Assembly: GCA_000004695.1 (NCBI GenBank)
Contig: CM000153.2
Location: 3,936,001-4,000,000 of the forward strand
Length of the DNA stretch: 64,000 nt
Source of the DNA: Dictyostelium discoideum
Lineage: Eukaryota
Reading direction: 5' to 3'
This document shows, one piece after another, positions 51,715 to 64,000 of the stretch (the first letter of the stretch is position 1; every line of letters starts with the position of its first letter). The translations under genes and the position numbers were made by a program. The notes under the pieces were generated by a model. That model worked only from the letters and a program-made list of their open reading frames with translations. It ran no database searches and was not told the DNA's origin.

Positions 51715-53124
51715 TTAAAAATTAATATCTAAACCTAATAAAGATCTTGCAGTTTCTAATTTTGAATTTGAATTTGTTAAATTTTTAATTCTTGACATTA
51801 ATTGTTTTGAAACTAAAGATAAATGTTTTGATAAGGTATCATTTTCATTAATTATTTCCCAATATTGATAAGAGAAAGTTTTAGCAGAATCTGTTAAATT
51901 ATTTTGAACTGGATGATTATGAAATAATTTCTTTGGAATTTGATTTTTCTTTGCATCTATAATTGTTAGAATAATACCTTGAGAAACTAAATCGATACGA
52001 TCAAATAAAATTTTAGAGAATTTTTCAATCTTTTGAATTTTCTCAGAAGGTTCTTCATTCTCATTTGTAATCATTTTAATTGTTTCTTTAACATCATCAT
52101 AATGACCACTTAATAAAATTGCCCAAACATCTTTTTCATGTTTAATAACTTTTGGTGAACGAAGTGATAATCTTGCCAATGTTATATACCACTCTGTCTT
52201 GATTTTATACATTTTACCTGAATTTTCAAATTTCAATACACAGCCCTCAATTAACTTCATTTGTTTTACAAGTTCAACTAATTCAATTGTACTTTTACAT
52301 GATTTAAATAACGATTGATCAGATGTTGTATCGATTAAATCCACCATTGGTATATTGAATGCTGTACATGTTTCTTGCAACTCTTTCCATTTTAAATATT
52401 CACCAGTGTGATTATTTCTAAGTGCTAAACATCTTAATCTCTCCTCACCATAGTATAATATAATTTGTTGTTTTGATGAACTATATTCAAATAGTGGTGT
52501 ATACCCTAACTGAATCCATTTCATTGAGAAATCATTATATTTAACTAACCCAATAGCTTCAATTCTATTCACATAATCATTTAACATTGTACCTAAATCA
52601 CTTATACCTTGTTTTGATCCCCAATAAACTTGACCTTTATTTAACATTGGTGCAATTAACGATCCATCAATTTTATCCATTAAAATATATGGTTCATTTA
52701 AATCAATAAATTCCTATTTTGGAAATAAAATAAAAAATTAAAATTTATTTAAAAAATATTTAAAATTAATTAATTATTATTTACTACTTACAGCTTTAAC
52801 TTCTTTAAATTCATTTATATTAAAAAATTTATGTAATTTTCTACATAATAATTTTTCTGTTTTTAAATCAAATATTAAACCTCTACATTCTCTTCTACAA
52901 CGTAAAAGGAATTGTTTCTTTTGATCTGGTTCTGATAATGGATCTGGAAATGATTCATCTGATAATGAATCATAATTAAAAACTATTGTATCATCTCTAA
53001 TTGATTCTCTAAATCCTGATACTCCTTTTATACATTCTCTTACATCATCTATTGTTAACCCTAAAGGATAATAATTTTTATTTCTTTCTCTATAAATTTC
53101 TTCTTCTGTTTGTTTTAATTCCAT
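51715..53124 (-). CDS. Covalent nucleotidyltransferase (ATP-dependent RNA/DNA ligase-like) with KxDG motif I, about 443 aa. Two exons: 53124-52792 and 52713-51715.
   Basis: Exon 1 ends ...EFKEVKA|GTAAGT and the acceptor is ...CCAAAATAG|GAATTT. Exon 2 starts EFIDLNEPYILMDKIDGSLIAPM (motif I, KIDG), later EGCVLKFENSGKMYKIKTEWY (motif IV EG.V.K and motif V K.K). The overall size suits the Rnl2/REL-like RNA ligase family. Confidence 0.65.
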
Positions 53125-53459
53125 TTTTGATTTATTTTATTTTTTTTTTTTTTTTCTAAACAAAAAAATTAATTTTAAGTTAAAACTGTTTCTTTTTTTT
53201 TTCATTTTTTTTCCAATTTTTTTTAATTTTTTTTTTAATTTTTTTTTGTAAAAATCTAAGAAACTAATCATAAAAAAAAAAAAAAAAAAATAAAATGTGG
53301 AAAAAAAAAAGATAAAAATAACTTTTTTTTTTAAAAAGTCTGAAAAAAAAACAGTAAATAATCACTGAGGTACCTTATAATTATAAAGCATCAGTATTTT
53401 TTTTTTTTTGTTTCATACTTTTTTTTTTTTTTTTTTTTTTATTTTATTACGTGCGAACC

Positions 53460-53490
<31 letters not shown>

Positions 53491-53628
53491 ATTATTCACT
53501 TTTTTTTTTTTTTTATTCACTTTTTTTTTTTTTTTCTCCTCTCCAATGAATACACATACAATTTTAATTCACTATCACCAATACAAGGTGTAGTGTAAAT
53601 TCAAATAAAATAAAAATAAAAAATAAAA

Positions 53629-55515
53629 ATGACAAAATTTAAAAAAAATATTGATGGAACACCATTACTTTCATCAACATTTATAAATGATCAAAAAGAT
53701 GATGAATATTATAGTATTTATGGTGGTGGTGATAACAGTGCAGGGAGTAGTAATAGTGTTGGTGAAATGAGTCCAACAATTACTTCATCATTAATTAATT
53801 CATCTGATAAGAATTCATCAGATTTATATAATCAACAATTAAATTATAATACTATAAATATAAATAAAAATAATAATTCAAATATCAATAATAATAATAA
53901 TAATAATTATAATTACGATAATGATGAACAAGATAATAAAAATTATTTAGAATCAAGTAGTGATAAAATTTTTTCACTATTTTATAATCAATCTATACTC
54001 TATCAAAATTATTATACAGATTGTAGGATTTTAGTGATAACAGGTGAAAAAGATGTTGTAAGAATTTCATTAGATGAATTGTTTATTATAATTGAAGAAA
54101 TTAGAAAATTCGATCCAACTTTATCTTCAACAATACAAATTAATCCACCAACTACAACAACCACAACAACAACAACTACTACTACAAATAATAATAAAAA
54201 TAATAAAAATAATAATAAAAAAGTAAATAATGAAAAGATTAATTTAATAATTCAAGAATATTTTAATAATGCAGAAAAAAGTTTTTGGATTGATATTTAT
54301 GGATTACAAGATGATGAATTAATTACATTATGTAAAGCATTAACTATTCATCATTTAAATGTTGAAGATATTTTATCAAATGATACAAATGAAAAATGTG
54401 AATCACATGATAATTATTTATTCATTGCAACTTCTGAAATGGGTAGACATTCAACTAATGCTTCAAAGAATAGAGGACTTTACAAACCAAATCATTATAC
54501 AAATAATAAACAACAACAATATTCCTCTTCTTCAACTTCTTCATATATAAATAATAGAAATAGAAATAATAATAATAATAATAATGAAAATAATATTTAT
54601 AAAGAATTAATTGAAAATTTCTTTTATATGTTTTTATTTAAAAGAATAATTTTCGTATTACATTCTGTAGAATTGGATAGTTTTAATGATGTTTTCAAAT
54701 CATTTAGACATTTAAAGAATGAAAAGAAATTTTTAACATCTCCAGAATGGGTACTTTGTAATTTCTTGGATTCAATAAATGATTTAATATCTTTGGAAAG
54801 TGATAGAATGATGACGGAAATTTCAAAATTGGATGAATTGTGTGATTTAAAAGAATCTGATAATGATGATGGTGATGATTATTATTATGATGATGATGAT
54901 TTTAATAATAATACAAAGAGAAGGAATAAAGGTTTTATCAATAAAATTTTAAATTTCTTTAATGACGGTGGAGGTGGTGGTAGTGATAATGGTGGTGGTG
55001 GTGGTGGTAAAAGTGATGATTATATAAATTCAACTGAATTATATATTAGAATTGGTAAAGCATCAAAAAGAAATACAAATATTTTATCAAACTTATTTAA
55101 TAAGGATGTTTTATTATCATCATTATCAAGACAATCATTCAGTTTAAGGGATACTAAAATATTTGTATTACATATTAATAATAAATCAAAACGTTTAAAA
55201 GAGAGAATTAAATTATGTGAAGAACTATTGGAGGGTATTCATGCCAATTATATAAATAAAGTATCCCTTGTATTAAATGAAGAATCTCATGCTCTAACTA
55301 TTAGTATGAAGAAATTTGCAAATTACAGTTTGGTTTCTTTTCCACTAATACTCATTGCTACAATATTTGGAATGAATTGTAGAGTACCTGGAATGATTGG
55401 ATTTTTGGAAGAAGGTGAATCTGGTGTAATCTATTTTTATATTATTATTTTATCAATGTTAATTATTGGTATTTTAACTTCTTATTTATATAAGAAAATT
55501 GGTTGGATTGAATGA
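53629..55515 (+). CDS. CorA/Mrs2/Alr1-family Mg2+ transporter, 628 aa, with a long low-complexity N-terminus
   Basis: Two C-terminal TM helices with the diagnostic GMN motif (LILIATIFGMNCRVPGMIGF...VIYFYIIILSMLIIGILTSY). An acidic/Asn-rich cytoplasmic N-domain precedes them. Confidence 0.75.
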   Translation: MTKFKKNIDGTPLLSSTFINDQKDDEYYSIYGGGDNSAGSSNSVGEMSPTITSSLINSSDKNSSDLYNQQLNYNTININKNNNSNINNNNNNNYNYDNDEQDNKNYLESSSDKIFSLFYNQSILYQNYYTDCRILVITGEKDVVRISLDELFIIIEEIRKFDPTLSSTIQINPPTTTTTTTTTTTTNNNKNNKNNNKKVNNEKINLIIQEYFNNAEKSFWIDIYGLQDDELITLCKALTIHHLNVEDILSNDTNEKCESHDNYLFIATSEMGRHSTNASKNRGLYKPNHYTNNKQQQYSSSSTSSYINNRNRNNNNNNNENNIYKELIENFFYMFLFKRIIFVLHSVELDSFNDVFKSFRHLKNEKKFLTSPEWVLCNFLDSINDLISLESDRMMTEISKLDELCDLKESDNDDGDDYYYDDDDFNNNTKRRNKGFINKILNFFNDGGGGGSDNGGGGGGKSDDYINSTELYIRIGKASKRNTNILSNLFNKDVLLSSLSRQSFSLRDTKIFVLHINNKSKRLKERIKLCEELLEGIHANYINKVSLVLNEESHALTISMKKFANYSLVSFPLILIATIFGMNCRVPGMIGFLEEGESGVIYFYIIILSMLIIGILTSYLYKKIGWIE

Positions 55516-55548
55516 AATAGTTAAAAAAAATTAAAAAAATGTCATTAC

Positions 55549-55621
<73 letters not shown>

Positions 55622-56051
55622 TACAATTCATATTATATCAAATAATTAAATAATTAAATAAATAAATCCAATTAAACAAATATTATTATAATATTAAAAG
55701 TCAACATGTCCCCAAATAATTTAAAAAAAAGATAAATGGGTGGACAGAATTTAAAATAGTAATTACTTTTTTTTTTTACTTTTTCTAATTTTTTTTTTTT
55801 TTTTTACTTTTTCTAATTTTTAATAAAAAAAAGTAAATGAATTAACTGTGTAGTTAAATTTAATTTGGATAATTTTATTTATTTTTTTTTTAAATTTCAT
55901 TTTTTCAAATATTCAATTTTTACACTAAAAAAAATAAAAAATTTACCAACCAAATCAATTTTTTTTTTAAATTATTAAAATTATTGAAAATAAAAAAAAA
56001 AAAGTTCAAAAGACATAATGTTTTTTTAAATTTAAAAATAAATTTAAATCA

Positions 56052-56090
<39 letters not shown>

Positions 56091-56726
56091 AAAATAGAAA
56101 AATAAAATGAAAATATATTTTTTTTTCTTTTTATACTTGGAATCTCGGATTTGATTTTTTTCATCAATATTTTCAATCAACCACATAAAATTTCAAATAA
56201 AAGTTAACAATTTTTTTTTTTTTTTTTTCAGTCAATTACCCCTTTATTATTTAAAAAAATCTCAAAGTATGAAATTCTCAATTATTATTTTATTTTTCAG
56301 TAGTGCTATTATTATTTTTTTATTTTTTTTTTTTATAATTTTTTTTTTTAAATAATTTTTGATTACTAATATTTTTTTTTTTTTTTAATTTATCACTAAT
56401 AATTTTTTTTTTTTATTTTTTTTTTTTTAATTTTTGATATTTTAAAATTAAAAATTAGTCCAGTATCCATCACGAATTTTACAACAAAAAAAAAAATAAA
56501 AAAAAAATAAAAAAATAAAATAAAATTTTTTTTTTTTTTATCACAGATTGCTTTCCCACCTGTCATCATAAAGAATCATTATCGTTAATATTAATATTAA
56601 TCACTAACCCAGTTATTTTTTTTTTCATTATAATTTTTTTTTTTTTTGACACAAATATAACCTTTTTTTTTTTGTTTTTTTTTTTTTTTTGCAAACAACA
56701 ATAATAAAAAAAAAAAAAAATCCAAC

Positions 56727-57486
56727 ATGTCATCCGAAGACGAAGAAACATCAACTATTCTTCAAGAAGAAGAAATTGATAATAATAATAATAGTAATAA
56801 TAATAACAATAATAATAATAACAATAATACTAATAAAAACTATATCAATAATAATATTCCAATTCAATCTATTAAAGGTAGATCGGGTATACATAGAAGT
56901 TTGTCAACATTAAGCGATGATTCATATCACCATCATCACCAAAAACAATTAAATTCTAGCAACAACCAATTTTTTTTAAATAAAAATTTTGAAATTAATA
57001 ATAATATTAACAACCACGACGATAATATCAATAATATCAATAACAATATTATTAATAATAACAATAGTAATAATAATACTACAACGACAACAACTACAAC
57101 AACTACAACAACAACGACAAATTCAATAGAAAGAAATAGTGCAACAATAGCAAAAGAACAATTACAAAATCAATTATTAAGTTCTATTACACCAAAAACA
57201 TCAATTAGAAAGAAATCTACATCATCGGTTGCACCAGTTGCATTGACAAAGGATTATTTATCACAATTTAGTGAAGACGAAGCATCTGAATTTACAACTA
57301 AAGGTGCACCAATTAAACCATACAAATTAACAAGGAAAATGTCAAATCTTAGTAATAGTAGTGCTGCTTTAAGTATTGTTTCATTTAGTCAATTAGATGT
57401 TCACGATTCTGATTTATTATTGTCAAATTTTAATAAACTCTCTGTAGAACAACAAGAACAAATTCGTGCATCATCACCTAATAAGC

Positions 57487-57584
<98 letters not shown>

Positions 57585-58952
57585 GGTGCAGAACATTTAC
57601 AATTGCAACAACAAATTAAACAATTACAAGAGCAATTGCAATTACAACAACAATTATTACAAAAACAACAACTACAAATACAACAACAATTATTGCAAAA
57701 ACCAAATGATACTATTATACCACCACTACCAACAACAACAACAACAACAACAACAAATGAAAATAGTTATGGTGATGAAAAATTCATTATTAAAGAAAGA
57801 AGAACAACTTCAATTTTAAATAATATAAATAATTTCGATTCAACTGAAGTTTCATCTGCATCTGATTCTGATACTGATCAACCAATTAATACACCATCAC
57901 CACAACAACAACAATTACAACAAAAGCAACAACCATCTTCTTCTACTTTTCCACAAGATAATGAAAAACAACAAGATGCTAATGATAATAAATCAAAACC
58001 ATTAAATAATAATAGTAATAATAATAATAATAATAATATATTTATAAATGGTCATTATGTTGATAAAACTATACCAATTAATTTTAATGTTGGTGGTACA
58101 TTATTTGCAACATCATTACGTACGATTTCATTATATCCAAGATCATTACTTTTCAAGATTGTTGAATTACAAATTGAATTAATATTAAAGGATGAAGTGA
58201 TTTTCATTGATAGAAGTCCAGTTTATTTTGGGGTAATATTAGATTTCATTAGAAGTGGTACTTATAATGTTACTCCAAATATTAGTACTAAAGGTATCCT
58301 TCAAGAATCAGAATTCTTTCGTATGGATCAATTGTCCACATTGATAAGGGACGAACCTGAATTAACAAGAACCGAAGTTGTAAATATTATAAACTCTTGT
58401 TATGATTTCCCCAGATTTAGAGGAATGTGGTTATGTAAAATAAATTTCTCAGGTTTAGAACTCTCTTGTGCCCTATTCGAATATTCAAATCTTACAGGTT
58501 GTCTCTTTAATTCTTCATTCATAACTAAAGCAAATTATCAAGGTTGTAAATTAGATTGTAGTAGTTTTAAATATAGTAAAGCTGATAGTGCAAACTTTTC
58601 AAAATCTTTAATTACAAATTCAAACTTTTCAAATGTCATTGGTTCAGAGATCACTTGTATCGGTGGTAATTTCACAAATTCAAAACTTTCAAATAGTACT
58701 CTAAGCTGTAGTGATTTCACTAGTTCAACTTTTAAAGGTGCTCTCATTGATGGTGTTGATTTTACAAATTGTAATCTCACAGATTGTGATTTTCGTGGTT
58801 GTGTTTTTAGTTCAACTACAAATTTTAGTGGTTCAATTTTAAAAGGTTGTTTATTCGATGAAAATTCACTTTCAATAGCTACAAATAAAAAAAGTTGGAA
58901 AAAACCAAAAAGTGTTAGATTAAGAAATAAAATTTCAATTCCTCATGTTTAA
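56727..58952 (+). CDS. KCTD9-like protein: low-complexity N-terminus (polyN, polyQ, polyT), BTB/T1 tetramerisation domain and C-terminal pentapeptide repeats, 741 aa
   Basis: BTB: INFNVGGTLFATSLRTISLYPRSLLFKIV...DEVIFIDRSPVYFGVILDFIRSG. Pentapeptide repeats: NFSGLELSCALFEYSNLTGCLFNSSFITKANYQGCKLDCSSFKYSKADSANFSKSLITNSNFSNV... Confidence 0.75.
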
Positions 58953-59639
58953 AAATATATAAAAAAAAAAAAGTGGAAAAAGGTAAAAAGAAAAATTATT
59001 CTTTTAAGTATCATTTAAAAATTATACTTTAAAAGAAAGAAAAAAAAAAAAAAATATTTATTCATTGTATATTTAAAAATAAATAAAAAAAAACAAATAA
59101 TTTTATTTAATTTTAATATTTTTATAAATTTTTTTATTTTTTTCATTCTACAAATATGTGTGTGTATGCTATTTGCATTCAATTATTTTTTTTCCAAAAA
59201 TATGAAAATAAAAAAATAAAAAAATAAAAAAATAATTCTTTTATGACTTCAAATGGTGATAATGGAAGAGATTATGAAAGAGAAGCGAATTTATATTAAA
59301 AATCAAATAAATTTAATGATTATTATTCTCAAGGTGGTGGCAGTGATATTGAATTACCAAAACCATCAGAGTTAAGTGAATTGGAGATTGTATCAGGTTT
59401 ATCAAAACAATGGTGGTTATATCGTTCAATTGATAATAATCATTTAATGATAAATCATAATGAAAAAGTACCACAATCATCAATCAATGGAAATAAAGAA
59501 AAACAAAAACAAATTGCAATTGGATAATTAAAAAAAGGTAATAATCAAAATAATGAAAAAATTAATACATAAAAAATAAAAATGAAAATGAAAGAAAGAA
59601 TTTAATTTTTTTTTTTTTATTTATTTATTTATTTTTATT

Positions 59640-60823
59640 TTACCAAAATTTAATATTAATATTTTTATAATCTAAAATAAAAGCTAATAAACATAAAGCA
59701 AAAGTATAAGAAGTAATGATAATCATTGATTGTTCAACTGGTGCATAAATTGTTTTCATTGAGAAATTAATTAAACCAGTTAAGATGTTACCTAACAAAA
59801 AGATGAATAGTTGATTACGATTGATTGATTTTGCAATTACAGATGCATTATGATTACCAGTGATCAATGTAATGAGTATATTTATTGAGAAATTGAATAA
59901 ATTTATTGATAGAATTGCCAATACATAACCTAAATTTGCCATTCTTCTTGAAGTTTTGTCAATATAGATTTCACATAAAATCCAAAGAATATAGAAAACA
60001 ATTGAAGAGATTAATAATTTAGTTGCAAATTTTCTCCATTCTGTCAAGCTTGATCTAACTTTAAATAATTCTGTACCGATTTTAGTACCAATTAAATAAA
60101 TTGCTAAATAACCAACAAAACTACAAATACCTTCTTTATTCATTGAAATTAAATTATCACGTGGATGATTGAGAATATAATCTGTTAATCCAAAACTATT
60201 CAATAGGAATTGATATACACAAATGAGTACTACACCTAAAATCGCTGAAATATTTGCATTAAATTTTAAGAATGCTAAAGAGATTGAAACAAAACCTAAT
60301 GTAAAAAAGAAATTCCAATGTAATCCATACTCTGAAACATGTTCTTGATAATTTATTGATTTTGTTAATATCATTCTAACAAATCCTAATATCATTAATG
60401 GTGCTTGTGCTTTAACTTGATGCCACATTAATGAACTTCTACTTAATACTTGTTGTTGTTGTTGTTTTAAAGCGGATGATGATGATGATGATGATGATGA
60501 AGTTTTATTTATTTTATCATTATCGTCTTCTTCCTCTTCTCTTTTCTTTTTTTGTTGTTTTTCAATTAAAGATGATCTTGATTGTCTTGAAACTAAAGCA
60601 CCTGATAATACAACTGAACCAACGCCAATATCCATTAATGAGATACCATAAGTTTCAGTTTTACCTAATCTTCTTGGGAAAACTTGAAAATCAACTGCTA
60701 AAATACAAATACAAGTTGCTGCCATTACAAATGCTCTATATTCTTCAAGAAATCCTTTTCTCATTGAATTTAAATTTAATAATGTTTCTTTTGGATTTTT
60801 AAAATAAATTGTAACATTTTTTC

Positions 60824-60861
<38 letters not shown>

Positions 60862-61117
60862 CTAATAATTAATAATAAAATAATAATAAAAAAAATAATA
60901 AATAAATAACTTACTGTGCAAACATTGGAACTACTAAACATGTAATAAGCATACCAACAATTAAAAATGGTGTTAATTCTGTAAAAGTGATTGCTGATAT
61001 AAATGGTACTATAATAAAAAAAAATTCTAATATAAATCTGAGTGCCAATGGTAATGGGAATTTGTCATTGTTGAAAAATGTTGCAAATACTACTCTTTGA
61101 AATAATACAGATATCTA

Positions 61118-61148
<31 letters not shown>

Positions 61149-61179
61149 AGAAAAGGTGTTAATTAAAATGATAAAATAA

Positions 61180-61216
<37 letters not shown>

Positions 61217-61332
61217 AAAAATAAAGATAACATTACTGGCATTAAAGTTAAAATGAAACATGTTTCAAAAAAGGTAGATCCATCATTACCTGAAACAAAA
61301 TTTTGATGATCATTTTTATATTGATCATCCAT
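59640..61332 (-). CDS. GPI inositol acyltransferase PIG-W/GWT1, about 492 aa. Three exons: 61332-61237, 61114-60915, 60822-59640.
   Basis: Exon 1 MDDQYKNDHQNFVSGNDGSTFFETCFILTLMP, then GTAATG...AAATAG. Exon 2 ISVLFQRVVFATFFNNDKFPLPLALRFILEFFFIIVPFISAITFTELTPFLIVGMLITCLVVPMFA, then CA|GTAAGT...ATATAG|A. Exon 3 KNVTIYF...FLEEYRAFVMAATCICILAVDFQVFPRR...HVSEYGLHWNFFFTLG (the GWT1 hallmark EYGVHWNFF), multi-TM to the end. The six-frame ORF N-terminus (MFSSSNV...) is intronic read-through. Confidence 0.8.
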
Positions 61333-61805
61333 TTTTTTTTTTTTTAATATGCAAGGTGTGAAGTTTTAAAAAAAAAATAAAAAATAAAAAATTATAATGA
61401 ACATTTTTTTTTTATCTTTTTTTTTTTTTTTAATTTTTTTTTTTTTTAATTTTTTTTTTATTTTCCCATATAAATTAAAGTGGTCAAAAAAAAAAAAAAT
61501 GAATATTAATTCTTATGTTAGAAATTTGTGAAATATTGTAATGACAAAATTATTAATATTTTTAATAAATAATAAATAAATAATTCCTTATTTTTTTTTT
61601 TTTTTTTTTTTTTTTTTTATTTTTTTTTAACATGCCCTAATTAAAAAAATAAATTGGGCTTAAAAAAAAAAGAATAAAATGGGGATTAATAAAATCGAAT
61701 TGGAAGGCATTGAAGACGTCATCCTCTTAAAACCGGGCTTAAAAAAAAAGTTTAAAAATTTGATAAAAAAAACGGCTTGCGAAGTGTTTTTTTATTTTAC
61801 GAAGT

Positions 61806-61841
<36 letters not shown>

Positions 61842-62260
61842 ATTGGATAGAATTAAAATTTTAATATTCCATTTTTTTTTTTTTTTTTATTTAAAAATAA
61901 ATATTTCCAAATAGTAGTAATAAATAAATAAAAAAATAAAAAATAAAAATAAAATATATTTAAAAAAATAAATTAATAAAACTAAAAATAGTAAAATAAG
62001 TTGGAAAAAAAAATAAAAAATAAAAAAATAAAAAATTAAAAATAAAAAAACTGCAAAGGACATAAAAAAACAAAAAAAAAAAAAAAATAAAAAAATAAAA
62101 ATCGATCTTTATAATAATTTATATATTTTAATCCCTAAACAAAAATAATAGTTAATACGAAAAAATAGATAATTTATTTAGTAATAATTTTTTTTTAAAA
62201 ATATAAATAATAAGAAAAAAAAAGAAAAAAAAAAAAAAAAAAAAAAATTAAATACAATAA

Positions 62261-63466
62261 ATGGATATAGTAAATGATTTAGTATCATCAATATCATCAA
62301 TATCATCAGAAGCAGCAGAAGAAGAAGCAATAAGAGATGAATTAAGAAATGATAAAGGTGGTTTAATAGCAGGTATTTTCGTATTAACACTAACAGCATC
62401 ATTTGTGCCATGGTTTTTAACAAAAGCAAAGATTACAAATTTAGTTTCAGTTGTTTCAATTTTAACATGTTTATCAGCAGGTGTTATCATTGGTGCTGGT
62501 TTTAATCATATCTTACCAGATGCAGCGGAAGAATTTCAATCATATGTAGAGGCAGTGGCACCAGATAATAAATATGGTGATTTCCCATTCGCTCATACAA
62601 TTACAATTGTAACAATGTTTGCATTAATTTGTGTTGATAAAATTTTAGTTAGTGGTGGTCTAGATGGTGAAGCCGACCACAATCACATGGACTTAAGTCA
62701 ACATAACCATCCAAGTCCACATGCTGCTGGTGAAATTGATTTAAATATTTATACAAATGGTGACGACGACGACGATGATGTAAATGAAGATCAAGAAGAG
62801 GATAGCACAAAAGATGATGAAAAAGAACATGGTCATGGTCATGGTCATGGACATGGTCATAATAGTAGTAATAGTAGTAGTAATGGTCATGGACATGGTT
62901 TAAAAAAAAAGAAAAAATCAAAAAAAGAGCATGGTCATGGTCATAATCATGATCATAGTTCAAATGGACATAGTCATAAGGATGAGAAGGATAGTGAGAA
63001 AGTAAATGTTTCAAGTAAAAGTAAAGCATGGGTATTCTTAGTTGCCCTATCACTTCATTCAATATTTGATGGATTAGGATTAGGATCAGAGACACAAAAA
63101 GATAGTTTCTATGGTTTATTAATCGCAGTTTTAGCACACAAATTTTTGGATGGATTGGTATTAGGTATTGCAATTAAATATGCTTATTTCTCTTTCAAAT
63201 TCAGTTGTATTGCATTGGTATTCGCAGCAGCTATGACACCATTAGGTATTGGTATTGGTATGGCTATATCAAGTGCCTATGAATCAAGTACTGATGCCTA
63301 TTTAGTTAAAGGTATCATTCTATCAATTACATGTGGTTCTTTTATTTATATCTCTCTCATTGAATTATTACCATCTGGACTTTGTCAAAAAGGTTGGCCA
63401 AAATTAAAATTGGCCGTTGCTTTCCTTGGTTATTCCGTTATGGCAATTCTAGCTCTTTGGGTTTAA
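62261..63466 (+). CDS. ZIP (Zrt/Irt-like) metal transporter with a His-rich cytoplasmic loop, 401 aa
   Basis: TM helices. Loop (HG)n / HGHGHGHGHGH...EHGHGHNHDHS. Conserved ZIP TM4-5 motifs LSLHSIFDGLGLG and HKFLDGLVLGIAI. Confidence 0.85.
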   Translation: MDIVNDLVSSISSISSEAAEEEAIRDELRNDKGGLIAGIFVLTLTASFVPWFLTKAKITNLVSVVSILTCLSAGVIIGAGFNHILPDAAEEFQSYVEAVAPDNKYGDFPFAHTITIVTMFALICVDKILVSGGLDGEADHNHMDLSQHNHPSPHAAGEIDLNIYTNGDDDDDDVNEDQEEDSTKDDEKEHGHGHGHGHGHNSSNSSSNGHGHGLKKKKKSKKEHGHGHNHDHSSNGHSHKDEKDSEKVNVSSKSKAWVFLVALSLHSIFDGLGLGSETQKDSFYGLLIAVLAHKFLDGLVLGIAIKYAYFSFKFSCIALVFAAAMTPLGIGIGMAISSAYESSTDAYLVKGIILSITCGSFIYISLIELLPSGLCQKGWPKLKLAVAFLGYSVMAILALWV

Positions 63467-63679
63467 AAAAAAAAATATCTTATTTAATTAGATCGATTGG
63501 AAAAAGACAAGAAAAAAAAAAAAAAAAAATTTAAAATTAAAATAAATTTTAAATAATATAGTAGTTATGAGTAATAACTTCAATATTATTTTATTGTATA
63601 ACTTGTAAACATAACAAAATAATAAATTTAGAATAGTTGTGTATTTTTTTTTTTTAAAAGTTTATTTATAGTTGGTTGG

Positions 63680-63711
<32 letters not shown>

Positions 63712-63752
63712 CTATTATTATTATTATTTTTTATTTTTTTTTTTTATTTTAT

Positions 63753-64000
63753 TTAATCTTCATCATCATCATCATCATCAATAACTCTTCTTTTAACTTT
63801 CTTTGTTGATACAATTAAATCTTCATCTTCATCTTCATCATCATCAAAATCTTGTTTACGGGATTTATTATTTTTATTGTCATTACTATTTTTATTTTCT
63901 TTTTTCTTTGATTTATTATCACCATCGGAATCACTTTCAGATTCACCACTTTCAGAACCATCATCATCAGAACTATCGGAACCATCATCATCACTTTCTT
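63753..64000 (-). CDS. 3' end of a gene for an acidic (Asp/Glu/Ser-rich) protein; it continues beyond the window
   Basis: Minus-strand reading ...SDDDGSESGESESDSDGDNKSKKKENKN...RKQDFDDDEDEDEDLIVSTKKVKRRVIDDDDDDED*. Only the C-terminal tail is visible. Confidence 0.4.
   Translation of the reverse strand, partial: ESDDDGSDSSDDDGSESGESESDSDGDNKSKKKENKNSNDNKNNKSRKQDFDDDEDEDEDLIVSTKKVKRRVIDDDDDDED

Noticed and set aside
57466-57819. 117-aa poly-Asn ORF and 58538-58780 minus ORF
   Set aside because: They are alternative-frame or antisense readings within the KCTD9-like gene's repeats and pentapeptide-repeat region.
59640-60941. N-terminus MFSSSNVCTV...[10 protein letters not shown] of the 433-aa ORF
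   Set aside because: The first roughly 40 residues are intronic read-through (poly-A tract). The real PIG-W N-terminus is supplied by two upstream exons (61332-61237 and 61114-60915).

Overview
The window is AT-rich eukaryotic nuclear DNA with the hallmarks of Dictyostelium discoideum: about 75-80% A+T, long homopolymer runs, (CAA)n/(AAT)n coding repeats, and short GTAAGT/GTATGT...AG introns. I call about 25 protein-coding genes, most with hand-reconstructed exon structures: Y14/RBM8A, TMEM33, DDB1 (repE), ALG1, a Smr-domain protein, a GH5 glycosidase, RFC4, PEX5, MCM9, a family-2 GPCR plus an internally deleted paralog, an RNA-ligase-like KxDG enzyme, a CorA-type Mg transporter, a KCTD9-like BTB/pentapeptide protein, PIG-W/GWT1 and a ZIP transporter. 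There are four tRNA loci: Asp-GUC, Ser-UGA, Lys-UUU, and an aberrant Ala-AGC-like copy. The region 5.9-15.0 kb is a tRNA-associated retrotransposon hotspot. It holds a TRE5-A element with duplicated A-module, ORF1 and a truncated ORF2; several internally deleted TRE5-like fragments with C-module/oligo(A) ends; and two TRE3-like elements converging on an assembly gap. Two loci stand out as most interesting. The first is a secreted CAP/PR-1 domain fused through a Pro/Thr linker to a papain-family protease that lacks its own propeptide, divergently paired with a membrane-anchored stand-alone cathepsin-propeptide (I29) protein. The second is a ubiquitin-like domain fused to a PARP-type ADP-ribosyltransferase catalytic domain, present as one intact gene plus one frameshifted, 3'-truncated pseudogene copy that share a duplicated upstream element. 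There are two 100-N gaps, and a homopolymer-riddled segment at 46.7-47.2 kb that is probably low-quality sequence.
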